A stretch of 64,000 nt of DNA from Styela clava (lineage: Eukaryota), in contig NC_135252.1 in NCBI RefSeq assembly GCF_964204865.1, positions 11,160,001-11,224,000 on the forward strand, in the 5' to 3' direction. The position numbers and the translations under genes were made by a program. The stretch's first letter is position 1. Each line of letters starts with the position of its first letter. Positions 1-12,300 of the stretch are shown piece after piece. The notes beneath the pieces were generated by a model. It saw only the letters and a list, made by a program, of their open reading frames with translations. It was not told the origin of the DNA and searched no databases.

Positions 1-226
1 TTTGAAACGAAGTAAAAACTCAAACCAGAAGTTTAAGTTGAATAGCCTTGGCCAAATAACAAGTTACAGCTAATTTAATTATTCAAGGAATTTTCCGTTT
101 AATGTATTAGTAGAAACATTGTCATGATCTTGAATAGTCGAACGATGAAACCAAGATGTATGTGCCAAGTGCCATAGTGCATATATGCATGATGTAATCA
201 ATTTACATAAAAATATATCATCATAC

Positions 227-842
227 TTATTAGGCAAAAAAACGGGCTTTCGATTATGAAGAACAACTTCTTCATATGTTCCATTGAAAGTTCCATTTGG
301 TACAGGTGCTTTTCTGTAATAAATTGCAATATAGTTAAGTATTGTTGGATACCACATACCAATAGTACATTTTAATATGCGACATGGCAGGCAGTAAGAT
401 AATAATTCTTGGATAGAATTAGGTCCCGTTACCAGTAGTTAAAAGAGAAAAGGGCGACTTTGGTCCTGTAAACACGAACACAACAACAACTTAAAAAAAT
501 TGTACTCATACTTTATGTTAGAAATAATGAAATTCAAAAAGAAAAATTTTTTTTCGATTTTGTAAAATATTTGATTGTTGGTAAGGAAGTAAAGAAATTA
601 ATAATACGTGACTACCCTTCTTTGATATATGTCTAATTGTCTACAACTTACTCAACATTTCGCTTGTCAGCCGGTTCGTTTGTTTTCTGTCTGTAAATGG
701 AATATTGTTGTGAGTTACTTGTTTGTTCGATGAAGGTAACATGATGTTTATTTTTTGTTTTACCTTATATAGAAAAAATAATATGCAATTCAGATGACAG
801 CAATTAAAACAAACACTCCTATGACCGCGCCGGCTATGGGAC
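227..842 (-). pseudogene. Partial duplicate (A') of the TM and proximal cytoplasmic exons of receptor A; premature TGA in the TM exon; probably continues beyond the window start
   Basis: Bases 1-864 closely match 3142-3999. Exons 842-764 (GPIAGAVIGVFVLIAVI*; TGA at 790-792 where A has GGA), 690-652 (RQKTNEPADKRNVE) and 313-227 (KAPVPNGTFNGTYEEVVLHNRKPVFLPN) all have AG/GT boundaries. Confidence 0.75.
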
Positions 843-3800
843 CTACAAATATAAAAAAAAAATCAACATGGTATATAAATCGACTGGCTTAGATTCCGTT
901 TGAACTTTAGTAGGTTGAACATTGGGTTTATAGAGTCTTAAAAGATAACAATTCTAGAATCACAATTAGGGTTTTGTTTTTTATCAATTCTAAAAAAAAC
1001 ATCGTGTTTTAAATCAAATATTTTCTGTATTATTTGTATTTTTTATTGAAATACCCCCTGCATCGCCGCGAAACTACGCCAAAACGTTGCATTCTGGCAG
1101 ATGCACACGCAGCCGGAATTATAATTTCAAAATATAAGTAAAATTTTATAATTTGACTTTCGCTTCTATTGCGTACATTTATCGCCATGCTTGTATCTCC
1201 ACCAAAGTCATAAGATTATACCCGGAATGTTTAGCCGAGATATCAGAGAGACGTTTTGAGTAAGAAAAATTATGAAAATTAGCTCACGAGCCCACTACAA
1301 AAGCAATTAGATCAAGTGCAGCCCTCCGGCAAAACGAGTGGGTTGCGATAATGAAGAATATGCTCATATCGGCGGTAATCTACTAATATAAACGACGAGA
1401 CACCCTAGCGGCTAGGGTCACCATATTTAAAAAAGCAAAATTCCGGACAGTGCATGCTATTTTCATGACCTCGTAGTAAAAAATATGCGCACGGTACGAA
1501 ATAACAATGTTCTGTATTATCAGATTCCGGACATTTGAGCGTTTTTTAAATTCTTTCCGGACGCAAAATTTGACCCTAAATTCTGGACGGTATGGCAACC
1601 CTACCCTAGCTTAGCCTATGCTAATTGTAGGAGTCCTCGGATGCAAAGACGCCACAACTAATCTGTTATGACGCCTAAATATGGATTTCGAGTTCATGTA
1701 TTGACATTTTCCTCATAAAATGAGGGCATTATTACGGCTAATACTGTCCGGTTAATTTATGCTTAGCATGCTTTGTTTTCAAGGTTAAAGTGATGGAGCT
1801 TTTCAAGGTTATACGAACTCATTTATTCGATCGCATTTTCGCGATTTCAATTTTGGCAAGATGGTTTCGTCGCAACAGGCTCGTTCAATTAATGGCTTAT
1901 CGGTTGCGTCTTACTGCGCCAACCACTGAACTACAGCTTGAGAAGGTGTACATAAGCCTCTATCGATATTTGTGGCGTTTTGAAAGATTTATTGCAAATA
2001 AGAAGCGCTTGGCAAGTTTTTACGTCCATTTTTCTTCAACCTATTTAATACAAAAAAATCAAATAGTACAGCCATTTTGAACAAAAAAGGCATAAAAAAC
2101 TTGATTTAAAACAATTGTTTTAAAACAATTCTTTTTGAACAAATCCCTAATCACAATGCTTTGCTCTAGAATGTATTATGAATATCCATTTAACCTATCA
2201 TATAGCCTTTAGGAATTTAAAAATATAACAGTGAATGATACTTTCAACACTAACGATAAAATGCGAGAGATGTACACAGTGTCACCAGATGTAATGTTTG
2301 CAAAATTTATAAAATTATGCAAATTCGAAGATAAAATATTTAAGGTTCCGTTTGTTGTTTTGTTTATCAAATTTTTTAAAACGTAATCCATCAAAAACAA
2401 TCATAACTTATACCGTTATCGGTCAGTAAATGCCTATATCTGAATTATTTATATATTGATGTTTGCCCACGCGTAGGATGCTTCTTTGTCCTCTGGTGAT
2501 GATAGTTCATCCGCTTCATCAGCTTGATTGTGAACGGGTTGTAAATTCAGCTGTTGGTAGTTTGAATCATCAGGTATTTTATTTTTGTCCAATTCCCTAA
2601 AATACAAACAAATACAGTTTAAGAATCGTCGTCCAACGTATCCTGGCGATCCCGAAACACGATGTTTCTCACTAAACGTGTTTACTGAAATTTGATTCAT
2701 CTTTAGTAGTTCTTTTCAAATATTTCTGTGAAATGGCTCTGACAATTTGTGTTTTGAATAAAAACCAACAACTAGATTATTTAAATTAAAATTATTATTT
2801 TCAATTGATTCGTCATATTCAAGCAAGAATATGTTTTGTAAAATTGTTGCTTTATCTTGATAAACTGGCTAAAACAATTAATTTAGTAAAAGCAAATTTT
2901 GTGCCTAACCAAATTAGTTGTTAAATTACTATAATGGCCATATTTTGGTAGACGTTAGCTCACGCATAAAACATATCTTCGCCCTTTGACTGTTCATTGT
3001 CAACAGAAAATCCAGCAACGTCTTCAGCAGGCAAGAAACCATCATCATCAATTATTGCGTATTCGCTTCAGAATAAAAATAATCTGTTTTGTAAACCATA
3101 TTTGTATGTTCTTCTCCATTTGAGATATTGGTTAAGTGTTATTTGAAACGAAGTAAAAACTCAAACCAGAAGTTTGAGTTACCTTGGCCAAATAACAAGC
3201 TACAGCTAATTTAATTATTTAAGGAATTTTCCGTTTAACGTATTAGTAGAAACATTAAAATTGTCATGATTTTGAATAGTCGAACGATGAAACCAAGATG
3301 TATGTGCCAAGTGCCATAGTGCATATATGCATGATGTAATCAATTTACATAAAAATATATAATCGTACTTATTAGGCAAAATAACGGGCTTTCGATTATC
3401 AAGAACAACTTCTTCATATGTTCCATTGAAAGTTCCATTTGGTACAGGTGCTTTTCTGTAATAAATTGCAATGTTCAGTATTGTTGGATACCACATACCA
3501 ATAATACATTTTAATATGCGACATGGCAGGCAGTAAGATGAGAATTCTTGGATATAATTAGGTCCCGTTACCAGTGGTTAAAAGAGAAAAGGGCGACTTT
3601 TTGTCCCGTAAACACGAACACAACAACAACTTATGAAAATTGTACTCATACTTTATGTTAGAAATAATGAAATTCAAAATGAATTTTTTTTTTCGATTTT
3701 GTATAATATTCAATTGTTGGTAATGAAGTAAAGATAATTAATAATACGTGACTACCCTTCTTTGATATACGTCAAATTGTCTACAACTTACTCAACTTTT

Positions 3801-6800
3801 CGCTTTTCAGCCGGTTCATTTGTTTTCTGTCTGTAAATGAAATATTGTTGTGAGTTACTTGTTAGTTCGAGGAAGGTATCATGATGTTTGTTTTTTGTTT
3901 TACCTTTTATAGAAAAAATAAAATGCAATTCCGATGACAGCAAGTAAAACAAACACTCCTACGACTGCGCCGGCTATGGGACCTACAAATATAAAAATCG
4001 GTAAAATATATCAAAGTACTATATTTTAATCAGTATTATTTATCGTTCAGGAGGACCAAAAATGAACAATAAAAGGTATGAAAATAGAATGGAAACAGTA
4101 GCGTCTATTTTAAAATATTTTTTTTTACATCTGCAAGTCTTGTAACCAAGTTTATAAAATGAAGCATTTGAGTTTTTATGAATATGGAATTACATTTGTC
4201 TGAAGACATATAATAAATACCAACTATTGATAAAAAGAATTCTGATAAAATTGGTTTGCTCTGTTAGTTTTCAGAATATCGTTTCGCAGAACTATAGTTC
4301 CACAGAAAGACACACTGTTTTCGTTTATAAGAGTTAGCATTTACTTGATTGTACTTGTATACCTGAATGACTGACTCCTACTGTGGCTTTTTCATTACCT
4401 ATTTGCTATCCGCACAGAGAGAAACAACGTTGTTTAAAAATGTCATCATATAGGTCTCGATTACAAATTCTTGTTTACAAGTTGATGTAGTAAAAATGTA
4501 TATTCATATTCAAATTACAACCATCTCGATCATGATTCATTCACTACTATTGCGCATTATTTTTGTTTTGTTCATTAGCTCTGCGTACTTGTATCCATGT
4601 GCATGCATGATATACCCGTTTGATAGTTACCGGCATTGCTGGGTGAATTTTCCTTTGTTGGTGATATTGACTGCGTTATTTCGCTCAAATTCGGCTTATC
4701 GTTGGTTGCTGTAACAACAACATAATATTGAAACGATTGTTATGTCCACTACGTGTCCAAACAGACATAAAATAAAAATGGGACCATTGATACTAAAGAT
4801 CAGCATTTTCCAAACTTTTTTGGCCACGGAATACTTACGCTTTTTATCTCGCCTCGCGGAACACCAAAAATGAAAAGGTAAAATTGATAAAGAAAAATGG
4901 TGTATTGCAGCGGTCCCAAAAAGTGCGCTACTACAGTACTGTTGCCAAATGCGCCGCGAAAACTAACAAAAGTGTATTCAACATACCTAAAATATGATTG
5001 AATATTTGTGTATGTATGTCTGAAGAAGTCTGACCTTTGTCAGACGAAACGTTACAGGAAGATATTTGTGTTAGTGTGTAGCAAGACTCTTGAATCACTT
5101 AGGATTGTTATCTCTACTCTTGCTACAGCATCCTTGCAATATATGTCTACGGATCCACCGGCACAAAAGAATAGAAGAAGGATAAGTAGTTAGTCTCGCA
5201 GAAACCAAATAATCAGCGGATATTTTGCATATTGCATTCAAATGTTTATTGCTCCTTACTTTAAATGCTGTGTATCTGGATCAATAAATTCATTTTAACT
5301 TTCTTTGTCGTTTACTTTCTATTACGTAGTACGTAATACGTAGTACGTACTAGTACTTTGTTCAATTTTGCGAGCTGGAGTTTGTTTATCTGCTGAATCG
5401 AGTTTAGCGAACATGAGTGATTTTTTCATCATTTTCAAGTAAAATCAGGTAGAGCTTGAGAAAGAAGAGTTGACCTTTTGCATTTGTCCGCTTTAGGCCG
5501 ACCGTGACGCGATATTGAACGGTCGCTAGTTGTGCGACAACTTCACGATCCCGAGATAGCCATGGCGACCAATTTGGTTGTAATTTTGGTCCATTTGGAA
5601 GATGCTCGGGGAACACTAGTGTTACGCGGAACACAGTTTGGGAAACGCTGCTATAGATTATAGAAGGTAAATAGTAGATTATAAAATTAGTGAATGATTG
5701 GCTTCTGGCTATGAAACTAGCAACTGTATCTAACATATTTAAGACAGTGCGTAAACTTGAAATCTTTTAATAAATGGGTGGAATTTATATAAGTGCTAAC
5801 ACTTTTAACATTTAAATTAATACCTGCGTTTACTGTCGTCTCGGATATTGTTATTGGTATTGACGATGTCATTGATTCATCTATGTTAGCTGTTATAGAT
5901 ATTGTTCCCGTTTTCTCTACAATTTGTTGAACAGTACAATTCGGTGAAAAAAAAATATCCGTTCGCATTTAATATGATACAAAAAATAAAAATGTCAGAC
6001 GTCAAGGCATTTTGTATTTGCTTTTGTCAAATAACAATTTATAGTCCTTGTTCGTGGAATTATATTTCTGTCATAAAATATATCAGAAAAAAAAGATAAT
6101 AGGTTTTATCACTATTATTTTCCACGTATTTAGTTTTGCATTCTCAGTATAAATTATGAGTATTTAATAAAGTTATATGTAAAATTATGAAACATGCGTA
6201 ATATGTGATAAGCATGAAGATCTTGTGACCAAATATACATTTATATGCTATTTTATATACAGAACTATACCAAATATTATCAAAAAAGCCATTAACGTTA
6301 TCACTGATGACAAGTGCGATAGCCAAGGTAAGTGGGCTATTGAAACAATTATTATATTAAATTGAATTTCTGGTCGAATTCTGTTACCTGTAGTCGGCGG
6401 AGAACTTTCTTTAGTTGTTTCAACAGGTATTGTCGTTGTTTCTCGTGTTGTACTTCCATCTGTTGTGTACAGTATGTGTTTTATATTAATTTACACTTAT
6501 AAATTTGATGGGTTCAATATGGAGTCCGAATAAAATTATTCAGTTTCTTAATTTGATTCATCAAATAAGAATACATTTTTATGCAAATTCATTCTGAGTT
6601 TCGCCCCTGCTTTAGATGAATTCAATACACACCAAAGTTATTATTATATAGATATTCAGAGTTTTATGATAATTTCATCAATTTAATATTAATTTTGGAT
6701 GAGTACTGTGTTTCCCCGAAAATAAGACCTACCTGAAAATAGGACCTAGCATGAATTTTAAAAATATTTTTAATATAAGCCTCCCCTTAAAATAAGAGAC

Positions 6801-7884
6801 CAAGTCGATAGCGCAAAATTGTTTTTGACCTAGTCGATAACAAGAAATATTTCCCACTCGTTTTGACGGATTAATAATCTATGTTGTTTAGTAGTTATTT
6901 TAAATAAAAACGTGGTATTATAAGTAAATGGATATCGGTTTTCATATTTTGTATATTTGAAAATCTCGTAATTCTTTACTTTGTAATTTTGTTTTTGATA
7001 AATGGAGTTAAGGACATCCCCCGAAAATAGGCCCTAGCGTTATTTTTCGAAAGAAAATTGAAATAAGCCACTGTCTTATTTTCGGGTAAACACAGTATAG
7101 ATACTACTTGTAATATATGTCGAATTTGCCGTAGATGTTGTTGGTGTTACCGAGTAGGCTGTTGATGGGTCTGTTGTAACTTGCTGTGTAGTTGTATCTG
7201 CAAAAAAATCCATTACATAGCAGCGACAGATTATAATAGTATCTATAAAGATTAATCAGAAAAATTGGTATGTGGTAATTTTATTAATTTTTGCTGATTG
7301 AATTGAAAAAGTGTACAACGATTTATAAATCATTGCACAAAATTCCACCGAATAAAGAAATGCAATATAAATTTATCAAATAATACACATTATCTATTAT
7401 CATATTATGCTCTGATCTTGTTAGAATATAAAACGATTAGTCAATGGTTAATTGGCTATAGAACCCGCTAAAAAGATTTTAAAAGATATTTTTTTCATTT
7501 TCTTCTATCAAAACTTGAACATAAGGCTATTTTATTATTATTGAAAGAACTGTACCTACAAACTCAGTCGTAGGAATGTAAAGATCAAATTGCACTTTTT
7601 TCTATATTCTATACATTCGCAAGATTTCATGATAGATGTGCTATATTGTACAAATGAGAGATCATATCAAAAACAATAGGTAAGTAAAATTAGATTTTAC
7701 AATATTGAACTTGTGGAGGAGATTGGAGAGATTGAAGATTAAGGAGGAAGAGACCAACAACATCACGTTCAATAACATTATCCAAGCATGATTTGAAAAA
7801 TAGAAGATTCCTACCTGCACTGATATCCGCATTTATCAGCCAGCCACGACTAATCAATACGAAGATCAAAGATACAACAAACAT
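843..7884 (-). CDS. Receptor A: Ig-less mucin-like type-I membrane protein with multi-tyrosine cytoplasmic tail (~309 aa, 11 exons)
   Basis: Manual splice model: 7884-7815 (signal MFVVSLIFVLISRGWLINADISA); 7197-7108, 6459-6388, 5916-5824, 4708-4631 (Thr/Ser-rich); 3982-3904 (TM GPIAGAVVGVFVLLAVIGIAFYFFYKR); 3830-3792; 3455-3369 (GTYEEV); 3065-2964 (NEYAII..MFYA); 2596-2471 (EL..SNYQQL..ASYA); 936-843 (..DLYTML..*). Phases are consistent and the total is 930 nt. The donor at 7107 is weak and the 3' end is uncertain. Confidence 0.7.
967..2149. mobile_element. Non-autonomous hAT-like DNA transposon in the last intron of gene A
   Basis: Imperfect TIRs TAGGGTTTTGTT / AACAAATCCCTA; exact 8-bp TSD ATCACAAT at 959-966 and 2150-2157. 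Confidence 0.8.
1413..1603. mobile_element. Short MITE nested inside the hAT-like element
   Basis: TIRs TAGGGTCACCATA / TATGGCAACCCTA with internal CCGGAC repeats; no clean TSD. Confidence 0.65.
4801..5650. mobile_element. Non-autonomous hAT-like element in a gene A intron
   Basis: TIRs CAGCATTTTCCAAACT / AGTTTGGGAAACGCTG; flanks CTAAAGAT / CTATAGAT (7 of 8 match). The paralogous gene B intron (~13153) has the empty site CTATAGA. Confidence 0.8.
5010..5208. repeat. Interspersed repeat, second copy at ~34290-34445
   Basis: Shared TGTATGTCTGAAGAA...ATATTTGTGTTAGTGTG...GCTACAGCATCCTTGCA...TTAGTCTCGCAGAAACCAAA. Confidence 0.75.
6706..7095. mobile_element. Tc1/mariner(pogo)-type MITE
   Basis: TIRs CTGTGTTTCCCCGAAAATAAGAC / GTCTTATTTTCGGGTAAACACAG flanked by TA on both sides, with internal GAAAATA(A/G)G sub-repeats. 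Confidence 0.8.
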
Positions 7885-8785
7885 AATACAAATCTTTTTA
7901 TCTAGTTATTGTATTTTGCAATAATATATTATATTTTTACTAGTCAACATGGTTACATCGCATCTTAATCATACATTACCTCCTGAAAATGATAATTGTA
8001 AATATTTGAATACCGACCTCGTTCATTTATATTGTAATTAAATGTCTTAGCGTTTGCTTTGATCATGAATGAATACTCTAGTCTAGTCCAACATACACCA
8101 ACCTAGATGCTCTTTGTTATTTGAAGATATTCGATGGAAATTTAAAAAAAAATGGAAAAAAATATATATATATATTCGATGGCCTACATTAATTTGTGTG
8201 TTGATTTCACGAGCGTGCTGGCGATTCATCGCTGATATAAAATACAACAGTTTATTGTTTATTTCAATACCATTGCTTCACAAAAGTTGCCTGAGGAAAA
8301 AATATACACCCTTTCCGAACCGAATAGTCAAATATCACAAATTATTGTCCAGTTTAAAATTTCACAATAGAAGTGTTACAGCGTCCCATAGTCAGTTGAA
8401 CACACTAAAATCAATGTGCTATTCAGCTGTCACAAACTTGCATAAAGGTTACAGTGAAGCGAAATGATCTGGAGACAATTTTTATTAGATCTACTCAACC
8501 ACAAATGATGACAATCCCAAACAGAATTCTAATCAGAATCATATCGACACCCAGGCATTTGTGCGAACTTATTAGACTATCCTTCATATAACAACTTGAG
8601 GGAAATCTTTCCACTGAATTTGTGTAACTTTCTTATGAGGACCTTCATGTACCCTTCTCTTCGCACCTTTATGTAATAAAACTAAGTTATTTGTATATTG
8701 TCAGATGGAGCAAAACCAGCCCCTGGAAAAAACATCATCGAACAATTTCTCTATCAGCGCATGATTGCCACCAGGTATATTCATG

Positions 8786-9010
8786 TCGATGATAAATAAA
8801 GCACAGCCGGTGTATAGCAAAACGATGTAATTTACCGACGTTTCGTATTTCTATTCAGAATAACTTCATCAAGACATGATATGAAAGCACACTAACGTAT
8901 ATATAGAGAGAGAAAAGCAAGAAGAAAGAAAAAATTATCACGTCAAATTCGAAACGTCCGCAAATTACATCGTTTTGCTACACACCGGCTGTGCTTTATT
9001 TATCATCGAC
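8786..9010. repeat. ~65-bp-arm inverted repeat (foldback), possibly Penelope-like retroelement derived
   Basis: GTCGATGATAAATAAAGCACAGCCGGTGT..GCAAAACGATGTAATTT..GACGTTTCG and its reverse complement at ~8945-9010. Confidence 0.7.
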
Positions 9011-9379
9011 AATTTCTCTATTGTTGTATATGTTTCATTTAATGGGGAACAACTGCAACGTTTTGACTCCAACATTCCTCCACCATAACCATACGTGTTT
9101 TCATTTATTTATTCGAATAAAGACATCATAGTAAGCTAAAAGGTATATTAGGTGGAAGGCGAAGTTATATTGTGGCATAATATACAATCAATCAAGTTCA
9201 AACATTGTATCTTACTAGTATGATTCATAGCAATGTTCTTGAAATGTTGAAAATATCAAACAATAATATAAAAAAATATTAAACAGTTCTGTATAATATA
9301 TAGTATTTAATCTTCAAAATATTGTAGAAATCCATGTAAGATTTACAGTTTTCTTCATCTTGGCATACACAGTAGGTTT

Positions 9380-12300
9380 TCACTCGTCATTCTCAACGAA
9401 ACTATTAATGTCTCCACTTTTCTTTGATTTGTTTACCCTGGTGAAATGTTGATAAGATATCAGATAATTCATTTTAAGTATCTGTAGATTTTTTATAATA
9501 CCATTCTGAATATATAGGGATATTTGACTTGGCACCGAAGTGCCGATAAATATCAGATATTTATTATTCACTTCAAATCAGTATTTGTATTGAAGTTCAC
9601 TATCGTTCAGACGTTAATTTTCAAATGCTAAAAGTGTAGCAGTGTATAAAAATCTCTGAAAGTGACATTCCGCGATCACAGCAAAGAAAGCGATACTATT
9701 GACTATACATGTCTGGTTCGGCTCAAGATGACCATGTTATAATATGTCTATAATATAGATATCAATTTAATACTTACATGGTATATAAACCGACTGGCTT
9801 AGATTCCGTTTGAACTTCAGTAGGTTGAACATCGGGTTTATAAAGTCTTAAAAGAAAACAATTCCATTTTTTATCAAATATTTAGAATTTGCCAAACACT
9901 ATGCCCATGTATTTCCTTATATATATAAAGATCAGTGGTATTACAAACGATGTTTTTTGTGAAATTGATGAATACAGAGATAATGGATCATCTGTTTCCT
10001 CTTTCCCTGTTACCTTCTCGAGTAAGCGTTACAATAGGTTGACCTACTGGCAGAATTGTCTGAACAGACTTCCTGGCGGTGTCATGTACAGGTTATCAAG
10101 CTCTATATGCGGAAATTTCATGACGTAGTACGTACTACGCGTTGGTTGGTAGTTCAACGCAAATTGTGTTAAATATATGCAATTATTGCATCGTATGATA
10201 CAAGTACTAAAGCCTATATTCGTGCCTTGCAACTGATAAAAGTTTCTGTCCGCTCACAACGATTGAAAAATTAACAAGATACTCTGGCTGTCCATTTGTT
10301 ATGAAATGAAGACGGTTGAACTATATGTTGTGTACTTCAGGGTTTAGAAACTCGTTTATTTATTTTCTGTTATCACCTGTTATAAAGTACTTCGTCATCC
10401 GGATTTTCTGGCTCAGCTTGCGTATGAACGGATTGTAGATTCAACTGTTGATACTCTGTATCGTCGACGTTACTATTTTGATTCAATACTCTAAAACATA
10501 TTTAGGTTATGGGTTCGAAATAAAAATGAGTGTAGAATTTTAATTCTGAAAGCCAATGTTTTGCTTTTAAATGTGTTATGAAAATTCATTTACCTTATAC
10601 TATAACCTTCAAGAATCTGATAATATAATAAGTTATGAAGCAGAAGTAATTAGCCCTAATGATAAAGTATGAGAGACACACACAGTCTTACCGGCTATAA
10701 TATTGGCAAATTATATACAATTGTGCAATTGCAAAGATAAAATATTTAGGTTCCGTTTGTTGTTTTATTTATCACATTTTTTAAAAACACAACCTATCAA
10801 AAGCAATGTTTAAATAAACCGTTATCAATCAGTAATTGCCTATATCTGAATTATTTATATATAGATGTTTGCCCACGCGTATGATGCTTCTTTGTCCTCT
10901 GGTGATGATGGTTCATCCGCTTCATCAGCTTGATTGTGAACGGGTTGTAAATTCAGCTGTTGGTAGTTTGAATCATCAGGTATTTTATTTTTGTCCAATT
11001 CCCTAAAATGCAAATAAATACAGTTCAGGAAGTGTCCAAAGTATCCTGGCGATCCCGAAACACGATGTTTCTCACTAAACTTGTTTATGAAAATTGGATT
11101 CAACTTTAGTAGTTCTTTTCAAATATTTGTGTGCAATGGCTCCGAACAGTTTATGTTTTGAATGAAAACCACCAATTAGTTTATTTAAATTAAAATTATT
11201 CTTCAAATTATTATTTAAATAGATTAGTCATATTCAAGCAAGAATATGTTTCGTGAAATTGCGTTTGGGCAAAATTCCTATAAAACCGCACGGAAGTGAA
11301 ATTAAAATATGCATCACTGTTTTAGTGCTTCATCTCGATATACTGGCTAAAAACAATTGAGTAAAAGCAATTTTTTTGTACATAACCAAATCAGTTGGTA
11401 AATTACTATAATGGTCATATTTTGGTAGACGTTAGCTCACGCATAGAACATATCCTCGTCCTTTGACTGTTCATTGTCAACAGAAAATCCAGCAACGTCT
11501 CCAGCAGGCACGTAACCATTATCATCAATTGAGGCATATTCGCTTTAGAATAAAAATAATTTATGTTTGTAAAATCATATTTGTATGCTATATTTAAAGT
11601 ATTTATGAATCGCTATTTGAAACGAAGTAAAAACTCAAACCAGAAGTTTAGGTGGAATTACGTCGGCCAAATAAGTTAGGCTAATTTAATTATAGGAATT
11701 TGTCGTTTGATGTACTATATTATTGAAAACGATGAAACCAAAACGTATATGCCAATACTATATTATATACTAACCAAAAAGACCTAATTTGAATTATTCA
11801 CAGAAATATATATCATCATACTTGTTGGTCAACACAACGGGCCTTCGATTATCAAGAACAACTTCCTCATATGGGTCATTGAAATTTCCATTCGGTACAG
11901 GTGCTTTTCTGTAAACATTAACAATAAAAATAAATTAGAATTAGGAATTCCAGCACTCTATAACAATACATTCTCAATATCCATTAGGACAGAGTTTAGA
12001 ACACAAATACACAAATATATGGACAAGAAGTTTTGTGTATAGGCTACAACCTAGTAAACAGTGATTAAAAAAGCCGACTTAGGAAAACGGAACATAGCAT
12101 TCCTTCAAATTTAAATAGAGATATTCATTTTGATTTTGTAAAATATTTGATTACTGGTTATGAAGTAAAGATAATTAATAGTATGCTACTACCATTCTTT
12201 AATATATGTCACTTGTCAACAACTTACTCGACATGTCGCTTGTCAGCCGGTTTGTTTGTTTTCTGCCTGCAAATGAAATATTGTTGTAAATTACTTGTTA

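Noticed and set aside
8400-8670. Coding-like stretch upstream of gene A, a possible missing Ig exon
   Set aside because: The frames I read have early stops and no Ig signature, and the stretch lies upstream of the signal exon.
11802-11872. Apparent ITAM-like pair YEEV-x13-YDDI (also in ORFs 79-357 and 3215-3496)
   Set aside because: The second Tyr lies just past the phase-2 donor (AA|GTATGA) needed to join the next exon in frame, so it is intronic in the main model. The spacing also exceeds the ITAM consensus. It would exist only in an intron-retaining isoform.
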